This document shows, one piece after another, positions 20,822 to 30,369 of a stretch of DNA of 64,000 bases. Position 1 is the first letter of the stretch. Every line of letters starts with the position of its first letter. A program made the position numbers and the translations under genes. Location: contig CAZXPD010000005.1 of NCBI GenBank assembly GCA_964643065.1, forward strand, positions 8-64,007, in the 5' to 3' direction. The notes below the pieces were generated by a model, which did no database searches, was not told the DNA's origin, and was given only the letters and a program-made list of their open reading frames with translations. Source of the stretch: an uncultured Gammaproteobacteria bacterium. GTDB taxonomy: Bacteria > Cyanobacteriota > Vampirovibrionia > Gastranaerophilales > CAZEDP01.

Positions 20822-21130
20822 ATGCTTATAAGTAATAAAAGCAGTCATATTAAATTCGGAATTTCGTGCTCCAATTGGCAGCTAAAATTAAGAGAGTACA
20901 AATCGGTATCGGAAAAACTCAAACTGATTGAAGAAATTTTCCGAAGAACGAAAGAATTTATTGATGAAGGCGACAAATTTACTTCACAGCAAACAATTAC
21001 TCAGGATGACAAATTAAAAGCAGTTAAAAATTATGAAGCCGCCGTGGGCAATCTTCGCTTTCTGAAGTACTTAATTGACCAAATTATTACCAAACTGGAA
21101 GATAAAATAAAACAAATAAAACCGGAATAA
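20822..21130 (+). CDS. hypothetical helical protein (leader-motif class, MLISNKSSHIKFG)
   Basis: 102-aa ORF, amphipathic helices, no known domain. Confidence 0.65.
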   Translation: MLISNKSSHIKFGISCSNWQLKLREYKSVSEKLKLIEEIFRRTKEFIDEGDKFTSQQTITQDDKLKAVKNYEAAVGNLRFLKYLIDQIITKLEDKIKQIKPE

Positions 21131-21231
21131 TCGCGCCGAATGATTATGAATAATGAAAAAGCTTGATTTTCCCGCATCTCCCGTGTAAATAATCACTTTA
21201 GGCAACTTACTGCAATATATAATTAATTTCA

Positions 21232-21240
21232 TGCTAAAAT
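21232..21240 (+). promoter_or_regulatory. extended -10 promoter of SRP RNA
   Basis: TG-c-TAAAAT, ending 7 nt before the predicted RNA 5' end. Confidence 0.65.
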
Positions 21241-21246
21241 AATTAA

Positions 21247-21514
21247 GATCGCGCTACACGGGGAACTAGCGATGCCCTGTACCTGCAATCGCTCCAGCAG
21301 GGTGGACAGCCCGCAGTGAGGCTTGATTGGTTGCAGAAGGCGGTTATGTAAAATTGTTGAGCAAAGGCTCCGATGCGGCGAAAGCCGGTGAACCTTGTCA
21401 GGTCGGGAACGAAGCAGCAATAAATCGTTACTTTCGGGTGCAAGCGGGTTTGCCTTTAGGAGATTTTACAGAACAATTCCTTGCAGCAAATCTTGTCGAA
21501 TGCGGGGCGCGGTC
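21247..21514 (+). ncRNA. ffs: large (Alu-domain) bacterial SRP RNA
   Basis: 5' Alu region GGGGAACTAGCGATGCCCTGTACCTGCAATCGCTCCAGCAGGG closely matches B. subtilis scRNA as I recall it. Helix 8 is GTCAGGTCG-GGAA-CGAAGCAGC. Terminal helix GATCGCGC/GCGCGGTC. Confidence 0.95.
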
Positions 21515-21540
21515 AGTTTTTATAACAAGTGTTATTCATA

Positions 21541-21966
21541 ATGAAACATGAGAATATTATAAAAATTTATCATAAAGATACTGATTGTTACGGTGTTGTG
21601 TGGCACGGGGCATATATTCAATGGTTTGAAATCGGTCGTGTAGAGCTTTCAAACATGGTAGGAATAGACTTCATTTCTCTTCAGGAAAACGAAATATTAA
21701 TGCCCGTGGTGGAGCTTAATTGCCGGTACAAACACCCCGCGAGGCTTTTTGACAGGCTGTTGGTAACAACCGAGTTAAAAGAATTAAAACCGATAAGCAT
21801 CACTTTCAGCCAAACCATTAAAAACGCCGATACCGGAAATCTCATTTTGTCTGCAGTTGTAACAGTTGTTACAACAAACAAACAAGGTAAAATGCTCAGA
21901 AAAATGCCGGATGATATTTTTGAAAAATATAAAAAGCTTTTGCCTGTTTTAGTAAGTAAAATTTAA
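21541..21966 (+). CDS. acyl-CoA thioesterase, YbgC/4HBT family
   Basis: DTDCYGVVWHGAYIQWFEIGR hot-dog-fold motif. ATG 21541 preferred over GTG 21529. Confidence 0.9.
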   Translation: MKHENIIKIYHKDTDCYGVVWHGAYIQWFEIGRVELSNMVGIDFISLQENEILMPVVELNCRYKHPARLFDRLLVTTELKELKPISITFSQTIKNADTGNLILSAVVTVVTTNKQGKMLRKMPDDIFEKYKKLLPVLVSKI

Positions 21967-21967
21967 A

Positions 21968-23086
21968 TTATACGCTTACAAGTGACACATTTTGTTTTCT
22001 TCTGCGCATCAAGTCAACAAAGGCTTCAAGTCTGGTAATATAACCGGCTCTACCTGTTTGCTCGTCAAGAACAATAGACAACAGAGGAACGGAACCGTCT
22101 TCTCTGATTGACGGAAATATATTTTGAGACATTATTTCAGGCATGCATGTGAAAGGACTGATATGTATAATGCCGTCAATACCGGTCTTTTTTGCGTTTG
22201 CAACGTCGCTTACACATTCAATAGCATCACCGCCTATATCTCTTGTCAAATAAGGTTTTGCAAATTTATAGGCTTTTTCAAGATGAGTTTCTTCTTTACG
22301 AAAAATATCCGGCACCATAGCGGTTTTAATCCATCCGCCGAGTGTAAGGCTTCTTCTTGTTTCAACTCCCAGCCTTCCGAGCTCTCTTTCCAAATTTTGA
22401 TTTGAAAACGCATCAAGCACCATAAAAATTTCACCAGTGAGATCCACTCTTAAAACCTCTTTTTTGTCATTAATGGAAGTTTTTTTGATTTCATTTAAAG
22501 CTTCCGATTTTGCTTCTTTAAGTTCTTTTTTATTGGAAGCCGAATCAACCCATTTCAATCCTCTCAAGTATGCTTTTTCCGCATCACCCTGTGTATATTC
22601 GCGTGCGCGGTAATATGAAAGTGTTTTATCAAGACTGTCCAGAATAAAAATCTTGTTTATTGCCAGATGCAGCGCTTTTATAACTTCGATAATATTGTTG
22701 TTGCCCGTAACACTTTTAAGACATTCGAACATTTCCGTAAATTTGCCCTTATATAGGTCTAAATCGATATATTTAATGTTATATCCCAAATCATCAAGAG
22801 CATTTTTAATTGTTTTACTGTATTCTCCGAGTCGGCAAATACCGGGACTGCTAATCATAATCACGGCTTGAGCGCCGGATTCAATAGCTTCAATATAATT
22901 GCCCAATAAGAGTTTATACGGCAGACACATTGCTTCAGGACTGTATTTAGTTCCGATAGACAGAGTTTTTTTGCTTGTGAAAGGCGGAATGATAACTTCT
23001 CCTCCTAAAGATCTTATCAGAGAAGCAACAACAATATAAATAGTTCCCATATGGGGAAAAGAAACTTTTATTTTAACTTCTTTCAT
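21968..23086 (-). CDS. 2-hydroxyacyl-CoA dehydratase-like Fe-S protein (often annotated CoA protein activase)
   Basis: FPHMG, PEAMCLPYK, GICRLG, PFTCMPE and C-terminal DEQTGRAGYITRLEAFVD. Confidence 0.8.
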   Translation of the reverse strand: MKEVKIKVSFPHMGTIYIVVASLIRSLGGEVIIPPFTSKKTLSIGTKYSPEAMCLPYKLLLGNYIEAIESGAQAVIMISSPGICRLGEYSKTIKNALDDLGYNIKYIDLDLYKGKFTEMFECLKSVTGNNNIIEVIKALHLAINKIFILDSLDKTLSYYRAREYTQGDAEKAYLRGLKWVDSASNKKELKEAKSEALNEIKKTSINDKKEVLRVDLTGEIFMVLDAFSNQNLERELGRLGVETRRSLTLGGWIKTAMVPDIFRKEETHLEKAYKFAKPYLTRDIGGDAIECVSDVANAKKTGIDGIIHISPFTCMPEIMSQNIFPSIREDGSVPLLSIVLDEQTGRAGYITRLEAFVDLMRRRKQNVSLVSV

Positions 23087-23189
23087 TAACTGCCTCTATG
23101 CCAAATCTAAAAACTCTTCATCCAAGCCTGGCGTCTTATTTATCAAATATAGGGTAACAAGAATAATCTTACAATAAAATCGCCTTAAT

Positions 23190-23546
23190 TTAGCGGTAAA
23201 GATTTTCAAATTTTCTCTGCATATCCTGATTGGTTGATTTGCTGCCTTCTATTGCGCCCTTTGCCAAAAACACGGTTAACGGTATAAAAACAGCAATCAA
23301 AAAGGCTATAATAGCCCCCTTAAGGGCTAAATCCAAATATTGTGAAGGAATTAGGTTTTTAAAACCGGTTGTTTTGTACTTAACTAAAAGCTCGTTAACA
23401 ATATCATGGCGTTCTTGAAATGAAAGCGATTCAACATACTTCACGTTTTCGGGATAAATATGAAAAACAAATTTCTTTGCTTTTGGCACAATATCCTCTT
23501 CGGAAAATTTCTGGCGTTTCTCGCCTGGTTTAAATATTTTTGGCAT
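23190..23546 (-). CDS. hypothetical single-TM protein
   Basis: 118 aa, hydrophobic stretch GAIIAFLIAVFIPLTVFLA. Confidence 0.65.
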   Translation of the reverse strand: MPKIFKPGEKRQKFSEEDIVPKAKKFVFHIYPENVKYVESLSFQERHDIVNELLVKYKTTGFKNLIPSQYLDLALKGAIIAFLIAVFIPLTVFLAKGAIEGSKSTNQDMQRKFENLYR

Positions 23547-23651
23547 TTTGCCACCTGCAATTATTAAGTACTAAACAAACTTGTAAATAAATCCATTTTA
23601 GGCTTATAATTTAATGTTTTCAAGAATTTTTACAATGGGGGTTAATAGTTC

Positions 23652-24692
23652 GTGTCCGTTACTAAAAACGCATTAGATAAATTAATTAAAAATCTTAACA
23701 AAGGCAGAGTTCTTGTTATAGGTGATTTTGCCATCGATGAAATGATATACGGACAAACGTACAGGATCTCAAGAGAAGCTCCTGTTCTAATTTTGAAACA
23801 TGCTCATACAAATATAATTCTTGGCGGTGCGGCTAACGCTGCTCATAACATAGCGTCGCTCAGTAAAGGAAAAGTTACAGGCATCGGTGTATACGGCAAC
23901 GACTATCATGGACCCGTTTTAATCGAAGCGATGAAAAAAGCAGGCATTGATTATTCACATATGATAGCCGATTCCGAAAGAGTTACCACAACAAAAACAA
24001 GAATATCCGGTATGTCAACCCAGTCCGTTACCCAACAGATTGTCAGAATTGACCGCGAAGTTAATGAAGCTGTCAGCGTTTCAACCGAAAACAAAATTAT
24101 TGACACGATTAATAAAATAGCGGGAAATTATGATGCCGTTTTACTTTCGGATTACAGAATAGGGGCGGTAACGGATACTGTTATAGACGCTGCTGCCAAA
24201 GCTGCAAAAAAACACGGTTTATTTTTGGCTGTTGATGCCCAGAGCGACTTAAGACGCTTTAAAGGCGCTGATATTATTACTCCAAATCAGCCGGAAGCCG
24301 AAAGGACGCTCGGGTATGAAATAAAAGACAAAAAAACCCTCATAAAGGGAGGCAGGGAACTTTTAGAGCAAACCGGAGCAAAGTCTATTTTAATTACCAG
24401 AGGCAGCGACGGAATGGTTTTATTTGAAAAATCAGGTAATATTTGGAATATACCTGCATTTAACAAAACAGACGTATTTGATGTTACCGGAGCAGGAGAT
24501 ACGGTAGTGGGAACTATTTTGCTTGGTTTGTGCGCAGGAGCATGTTCGTTGGAATCAGCGGTAATCGGTAATTTAGCAGCCAGTATTGTTGTGAGACATT
24601 TTGGCTGTGCTACAACAACCATAGAAGAGCTTTCTGCAACCCTTCACAAACTTAAGCTGGAGAATTTCGATATCAAAAAGGAGCATAGATAA
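23652..24692 (+). CDS. PfkB-family kinase, RfaE/HldE heptose-7-phosphate kinase domain only
   Basis: GDFAIDE...RISREAPV, GGAANAAHN, TTTKTR, ITPNQPE, DVTGAGDT. Confidence 0.88.
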   Translation: MSVTKNALDKLIKNLNKGRVLVIGDFAIDEMIYGQTYRISREAPVLILKHAHTNIILGGAANAAHNIASLSKGKVTGIGVYGNDYHGPVLIEAMKKAGIDYSHMIADSERVTTTKTRISGMSTQSVTQQIVRIDREVNEAVSVSTENKIIDTINKIAGNYDAVLLSDYRIGAVTDTVIDAAAKAAKKHGLFLAVDAQSDLRRFKGADIITPNQPEAERTLGYEIKDKKTLIKGGRELLEQTGAKSILITRGSDGMVLFEKSGNIWNIPAFNKTDVFDVTGAGDTVVGTILLGLCAGACSLESAVIGNLAASIVVRHFGCATTTIEELSATLHKLKLENFDIKKEHR

Positions 24693-24703
24693 GGAGTTTA
24701 TTG

Positions 24704-25219
24704 ATGACAAAAAAGGCAAAAAGACTTAGAATTTTCAATTTAATTGATTTGTTTATAATATTTTTTATAATTTTAGGTTTATTAGGCATATATTTGGTTA
24801 AATCGGGAAAATTTAAAACCTCTTCAGGTGTTATAAAGAAAGAAGCGGTTATTGAGTTTGATACTGTAATAAGGGGGCAAAAACTTTCCGGAAAAGAAAA
24901 TCTTTTTAAAGCGGGAGAAAAAACTTTTATTACCATAAGAAACGTTCCATATACCTCGCTGAAAATCATAAAATCTGAAAAAACAAATTGGCAGACAGCA
25001 ATTCCCGATCCCAAAAATCCTTCAAAGGCTATTGCAGTTAATGATCCCAGTGAAAATTATACATATAATTTTCTTGTAACGGTTGAGGATAAAGCTCTTC
25101 TTACTGATGACGGTCCTGTTATCGGGGGAAACAAAATTAAAATAGGCTTGCCTGTAAGTCTGGAAGGTTATAATTACAGAGCTTACGGCGTTGTATCAGA
25201 TGTAAGAGTTAAGAACTGA
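24704..25219 (+). CDS. DUF4330-family protein
   Basis: FNLID N-motif, TM anchor, IGGNKIKIGLPVSLEGYNY. SD AAGGAG 7 nt before ATG 24704. Confidence 0.75.
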   Translation: MTKKAKRLRIFNLIDLFIIFFIILGLLGIYLVKSGKFKTSSGVIKKEAVIEFDTVIRGQKLSGKENLFKAGEKTFITIRNVPYTSLKIIKSEKTNWQTAIPDPKNPSKAIAVNDPSENYTYNFLVTVEDKALLTDDGPVIGGNKIKIGLPVSLEGYNYRAYGVVSDVRVKN

Positions 25220-25221
25220 GC

Positions 25222-26667
25222 ATGAATTTTTTAACTTCGTCATTTTTTATCAAATTACTAAATAAACTGGATGTTCAAAAGGATTCTTATATTGCAAAAG
25301 CAGTAGAAGAAAGCTTTTTTGTCAGAAATTTTAATAAAAACCTTGAAAATGTTCAAAATATATTCTCATCTGTCACTGACAAAAGTCTTTTTATACAAAA
25401 TATTGACACTTTTATTTTGTTGATTATCTCATTTTTGATTATTTCAATAAATTTTGTTTCTACGGGCATTATAGGACTTTTAACCACTGTTGCTTTTTTG
25501 TGTTTTCTGTTAAAACTTTTTTTGAAAAAAGGCGAAAAATATACTTTTAACTCTTTTGACATACCTGTATTTCTTTATTTTATTCTTGCAGGTTTAAGCG
25601 TTACTTATTCATCTTTTTTCATGCCCAGCCTAAAGGGTTATGCCAAAATGATAGTTTATCTGGGAGGCTATCTGACTTTTTTTAATATTCTGAAAGATAA
25701 CCCGAAAAGAGTGCTTTACATAATGGGGTTGTTAGCTTTAAATGTCAGTTTTGAAGCATTTCTTGCAATTAAACAACAAATTTTCGGTATCGAACCTTTG
25801 GCAAGCTGGCAGGATATTGAAAACACAAATCCCGAACAGCTGATGAACAGAGTATACGGTACACTTCAGCCGTACAATCCAAATCTTCTGGCAGGATATC
25901 TTGTTGCAGGTTTTTCATCGGTTATAGGATGCGCATTTGTATTCCTTAACAGAAGAAAATTCCTGGCAAGTGCCGGATTTTTAACTTGTTCTTTGGCTGT
26001 TTTAGCCGCAATAGTTTTTACGGGCTCAAGAGGAGCATATATTGCAACTTTTGCAATGATGTTGCTTTTTACTCTAATTTCGGGACATTTTGTATGGAAC
26101 GAATTTAAACATATTAAATGGCTGAAAAAACTGTGGATAATATTAATAATACTGGCAATAGCTGCAGTTGCACTTTTAATTGTCAGCTCACCCGCAATAC
26201 AGCATAGAATAGTCTCAATATTTGCCGCAAGAGAAGACAGCAGCAATTCGTACAGATTTAATGTTTACGCTTCCTGCCTGCACATGATAAAAGACAATTT
26301 TTGGACAGGAATTGGACCGGGAAATACAACATTCAGACTGGTTTACGGCTTATATATGGTAACAGGCTTTGATGCGTTGGGAGCATACAGCGTTCCCTTG
26401 GAAGTTGCCGTCGAAAGCGGAATATTTGGTTTTTTAGCTTTCCTGTGGATAATATTGCTCATCTTTTTAAAAGGGATTAAATCAATTTATTCAAACATGC
26501 AAATTGAAGATAAAATCATCATTGCCGGTTGTATAACAGGTGTTATAGGCATAATGTTTCACGGGCTTGTAGACACTGTATTTTACAGACCTCAAATACA
26601 GATTGTTTTTTGGCTTCTTGTAGCTGTTCTTGCGGTCAAAACAAGGCTTCTTAAAAAGGACTGGTGA
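25222..26667 (+). CDS. IctB-like / O-antigen ligase-family membrane protein
   Basis: EPLASWQD, RVYGTLQPYNPNLLAGYL, TGSRG, REDSSNSYRFNV, GIGPGN, GAYSVPLE. Confidence 0.88.
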   Translation: MNFLTSSFFIKLLNKLDVQKDSYIAKAVEESFFVRNFNKNLENVQNIFSSVTDKSLFIQNIDTFILLIISFLIISINFVSTGIIGLLTTVAFLCFLLKLFLKKGEKYTFNSFDIPVFLYFILAGLSVTYSSFFMPSLKGYAKMIVYLGGYLTFFNILKDNPKRVLYIMGLLALNVSFEAFLAIKQQIFGIEPLASWQDIENTNPEQLMNRVYGTLQPYNPNLLAGYLVAGFSSVIGCAFVFLNRRKFLASAGFLTCSLAVLAAIVFTGSRGAYIATFAMMLLFTLISGHFVWNEFKHIKWLKKLWIILIILAIAAVALLIVSSPAIQHRIVSIFAAREDSSNSYRFNVYASCLHMIKDNFWTGIGPGNTTFRLVYGLYMVTGFDALGAYSVPLEVAVESGIFGFLAFLWIILLIFLKGIKSIYSNMQIEDKIIIAGCITGVIGIMFHGLVDTVFYRPQIQIVFWLLVAVLAVKTRLLKKDW

Positions 26668-26727
26668 TAAACAGAAAAAATGAGCTTTTTAACTATGCAT
26701 CATCATTTCCTAAAAATGGATAATAAA

Positions 26728-26757
26728 GTAAAACCGCTGTATCAACAGCGGTTTTAC
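26728..26757. terminator. bidirectional intrinsic terminator
   Basis: Perfect 13-bp stem GTAAAACCGCTGT-atca-ACAGCGGTTTTAC between convergent genes. Confidence 0.85.
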
Positions 26758-26779
26758 GATAATTATTAGATTTTTGAAA

Positions 26780-29700
26780 TTATAAATCAGCCCATGTCTT
26801 TTTGTAATCAGGTATCTGGAACGGCTTTGTAGGAAGACCGTTCATTGCCCATTCGTTATAGAGAGACATTTCAGTATCTTTAATATCATTGTAGAATTGA
26901 CTGCCTTTAAATGTTTTGTCGATATGAGTTGCATTACCGTTCTCATCGAAAACTCGCAGATTATTAATAGTATAATCTCTGTCAATAAGCTGTTTATGCA
27001 TATCTGTTCTGTTTCCGCTGAAATATCCCATTGTCTGAGCAAACTTCAAACATTTTGCTTTGTCGCTGCCCGCTGCATAGGCTTTAGTTTTGGCATCCGT
27101 TCCCGAAGGTCTAATTTCAACATACTGGGTGAGTTTACCGTTAGGGTCTCCGCCGTCAGTAAATTTCAAATAGGTGCCGTCACCGACAAACTTAATTTCC
27201 GCAAGATCGCTGAAATCAAGTTTTGGATATTTGTTGTTGAGCTTAGTTACCGCATCTTCAAGTTTAACATCGTCATTAAGAACTTTATTAAACATAACTT
27301 TTAGGTCGTTGATTTGATCTATGTCGAGTATTCTGAAGTCATTCTTAACATTATTTGTGCTTTTGATATTACTATTAAGAATTTCTGCCGAGTACTGCTG
27401 TTCCTTATCATCAAAATCGTATATTGCTTTATCTATCGTACTGCGTTCGTTTTGAATGGTAATTTTATCAAAAATAGCACCTATTTCAGACGGAAATTTT
27501 GTTGTATCTTTTAGCATATCTTTAGCATCGTCAAGCGATGCTATCTTATTAAAATACTTATCTGTAAGGATTGCCCTTATGTCGGTGAGTTGTTCAGTGC
27601 TTAATTTCTCAAAGACTTCTCTGCTGCCAAAATTAGCCGCAAATATTTCTACCGTTTCTTCTTTACTTAGTTTTTTAGCATCGATTTCTTTAATAGTTTT
27701 AATCATTGTCTCTTTTGTTAAACCCGAGAAATCGATACCCTTAAATGTATCTTCAAGAACTTCCTTGGCCTGAGCCTGAGTCATTGTTCCTAATTTAAGA
27801 GCAATTGCCATACTCAAATAGAATGAATCATTCTTTGTCCGTTTGTATTCACCTCTTTTTTTGGCGGCATCTCTAATGTTTGGATTTGTTTCACTTTCGT
27901 TATAGTAAAGAATATCTTCTCTGACATCGTATCTGCCTTGAATTTTATTTTCTTCAAAAACTTTGGCAAGATGGTCGGAAATACTCATTCCTTTAGGCAA
28001 ACTTGCAGCAAGAGCGGCTGAAACAATAATGGATTCGGTAGCACTTTTTTCTCTCATTGCAATGGCGACTCTGCCTGCTTTACTTTCAACAAGTTTCTCG
28101 GGTCCTATAATCATGCCTCCGCTTTCTTCGCCTGCAAAAACCATTCTCGGCTCTTCGAGCTGAATTTTTCCGTCAACTTCCTTTTTGCCCTTGCTGAGTT
28201 CTATTATGTTTCCATAGATATCTTCGATTTCAATCGGTTTAATTTTGTCATAGTTGTTATTTTGGAAGGCATTTCTGTTTTCTACAATCTGCTTTTCAAC
28301 TTTCTTCATTATATTGGCAATTTCTTTGAAACCTACAGGAACGTTAACAACGTTAACCCCGTTTGCATTTGCCCATTCATCCCATGACATTGCTGAAGCT
28401 GTTGTTTTAATAATAAATCTCGGGTGATTATCCCACAGGTCATCTTTTTTAAGCTGCTTCATCCAAAAGTCCATATTAAGCATAAAGCTTTGATTAGGGG
28501 TATATGATGCTAAAATCTTGCCTGTTCCCTGTAAAGACTTATTGGTATCACAAACATAGTCTATTCCGAGTTTATCGAGCTTTGCCCTGTTTTCAGGAGT
28601 ATCCTGTTCAACCTGCGCTATACAGAGCCTGTCATGATCAGGGTCGGTAATAAGTATGGTAGTTCCTACCGGTTTATTTGCTACATCAAATTCTACAAGT
28701 TCTTTGCCTTTATTGTCATACATTTTAGTATTGGCAAAATCAATGGTATCCAATACAGGGAAAGATTTTTTGCCGTCTTTTACGATAACTAATGAGCTGT
28801 CAACGGTATAATCATAAAACTTGCCGTCTTTTTCCCCCGTACCGATATTATGGAAGAAGGGATCTTCCTGAGGATGAAGCCAACGGAAATTTTTGCCGAT
28901 TTCCAAATTATCAAGCACTTTACTGAGGTTTCTAAAGGCAACACCACCGACGTTTTCGATTATCATAGGATTTTCCGTATTTTTTATGGCGTTAATGTTT
29001 GCAGGTGTTGCGATGCCGTCTCTAAGATATTGAGTATAAAGGTCTAAGCCGTTGTTAATTTTTTTCATTAATTGGGTATCAATGTGTTTATCGTCTCTGG
29101 CGGCGATTTCAATATCAACATAACCGTTGGGGTTGCTTTTAAGCTTATTCATTACGTTATTTTCAATTTGAGCAACGAATTTATTAGACTCTTCCGGAAT
29201 GTATTGGCTGCCCTGATCGTTAATATCTTTTGTAGCAGTCTTGAGCCTGATGGCGTGACTTGATGTTACATATTCGGCGCCAAGCATGTCTAATTTAAAG
29301 GCAAGGAAGGATGTAAGCCATACAGGCAGAGTAGTTCTTTGGCCGTCTTCATAAGGCGATTCATGAGTATAAATTCCGTTTGCTGCCTGAACTCTCTTGA
29401 TAAGATCAATATATGTGTCAGTATTGTATCTGACTTCACCGGTAGCAATTTTGTGAAGTTCTTCATTCGGATGGTCTGCTTTTGCTACCTGAGATTTACC
29501 CCAAGTTGCAAGGATAATGCCTATTGCATTAATAAAGTTCCTTGTATCCCAGGGATAAAGAGCGCTTTGATTTCCTCTAATGCCTGCTGTCGAAATATTT
29601 GCTTCTCTTTTATATGTATCAAACCATCTTTCTAAAGAAACTCCGAATTTATCTTCTTTTTTATCCCCTGCTTTATAATCTTCAAGATATTTACTGCTGA

Positions 29701-30109
29701 TTCTTAATGTATAGCCTTTATCAAGTTTTAAAATTTCGCTGAAAGGCATTGAAACAAATTGGTTTGTTCCGCTGATTTTGACATCATATTTAAGATTTTT
29801 GATATCGTTGGGTGTATTCTTATCAAGATTACTGAATAAGGTTCTTTCTGTCTCGCAGGAAAAATCTCTGCCGACTCTCTCTCTGTATCTGTCTTCAAGT
29901 GTCATCTCAACATCTTGAGCTTTAAAAGATACATTTTTATTCATATTGGTTACATTTACCAATTGTTTATTTAATTCACTCATTAATTGCAAGCCTCTAA
30001 GATCTGTACAGTTTTGGTTAACATTAACGGTATTTTTATTTTCGCAGTTTGCTTGTTTGTCCAAAGACACATTGGGTTTTGTTGATAAAATCAGATTTTG
30101 AAGTTTCAT
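26780..30109 (-). CDS. giant alpha-D-phosphohexomutase (phosphoglucomutase-like), 1109 aa
   Basis: STAGIRG, catalytic-Ser loop TSSH, metal loop DPDHDR, VGFK, GEESGG, RPSGT, all in the canonical order. Confidence 0.88.
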   Translation of the reverse strand: MKLQNLILSTKPNVSLDKQANCENKNTVNVNQNCTDLRGLQLMSELNKQLVNVTNMNKNVSFKAQDVEMTLEDRYRERVGRDFSCETERTLFSNLDKNTPNDIKNLKYDVKISGTNQFVSMPFSEILKLDKGYTLRISSKYLEDYKAGDKKEDKFGVSLERWFDTYKREANISTAGIRGNQSALYPWDTRNFINAIGIILATWGKSQVAKADHPNEELHKIATGEVRYNTDTYIDLIKRVQAANGIYTHESPYEDGQRTTLPVWLTSFLAFKLDMLGAEYVTSSHAIRLKTATKDINDQGSQYIPEESNKFVAQIENNVMNKLKSNPNGYVDIEIAARDDKHIDTQLMKKINNGLDLYTQYLRDGIATPANINAIKNTENPMIIENVGGVAFRNLSKVLDNLEIGKNFRWLHPQEDPFFHNIGTGEKDGKFYDYTVDSSLVIVKDGKKSFPVLDTIDFANTKMYDNKGKELVEFDVANKPVGTTILITDPDHDRLCIAQVEQDTPENRAKLDKLGIDYVCDTNKSLQGTGKILASYTPNQSFMLNMDFWMKQLKKDDLWDNHPRFIIKTTASAMSWDEWANANGVNVVNVPVGFKEIANIMKKVEKQIVENRNAFQNNNYDKIKPIEIEDIYGNIIELSKGKKEVDGKIQLEEPRMVFAGEESGGMIIGPEKLVESKAGRVAIAMREKSATESIIVSAALAASLPKGMSISDHLAKVFEENKIQGRYDVREDILYYNESETNPNIRDAAKKRGEYKRTKNDSFYLSMAIALKLGTMTQAQAKEVLEDTFKGIDFSGLTKETMIKTIKEIDAKKLSKEETVEIFAANFGSREVFEKLSTEQLTDIRAILTDKYFNKIASLDDAKDMLKDTTKFPSEIGAIFDKITIQNERSTIDKAIYDFDDKEQQYSAEILNSNIKSTNNVKNDFRILDIDQINDLKVMFNKVLNDDVKLEDAVTKLNNKYPKLDFSDLAEIKFVGDGTYLKFTDGGDPNGKLTQYVEIRPSGTDAKTKAYAAGSDKAKCLKFAQTMGYFSGNRTDMHKQLIDRDYTINNLRVFDENGNATHIDKTFKGSQFYNDIKDTEMSLYNEWAMNGLPTKPFQIPDYKKTWADL

Positions 30110-30369
30110 TTTAATTATCCTTCTTTATTTTACATAAAACTATTACTTGTAAATTCACACGAAATACTCGCAATCATGTATAAACTGCTGAAGATTGAAA
30201 ATTGTCATTCAAAAGAGCAAATGTTTAGAAAAATTTACATAAAAAATTTCAAAACGTAATAATTTTTAATTTTTTTGTTATTATTCAACATGTTTAAAGA
30301 AAAATTTTAAGCATATAAAACTTTTCTTAATTACTTGCAAGAAGTTAATTCAGGGATAAAAACAAGGAA

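Noticed and set aside
21229-21551. Short ORFs on both strands around ffs
   Set aside because: They are fully explained by the SRP RNA gene.
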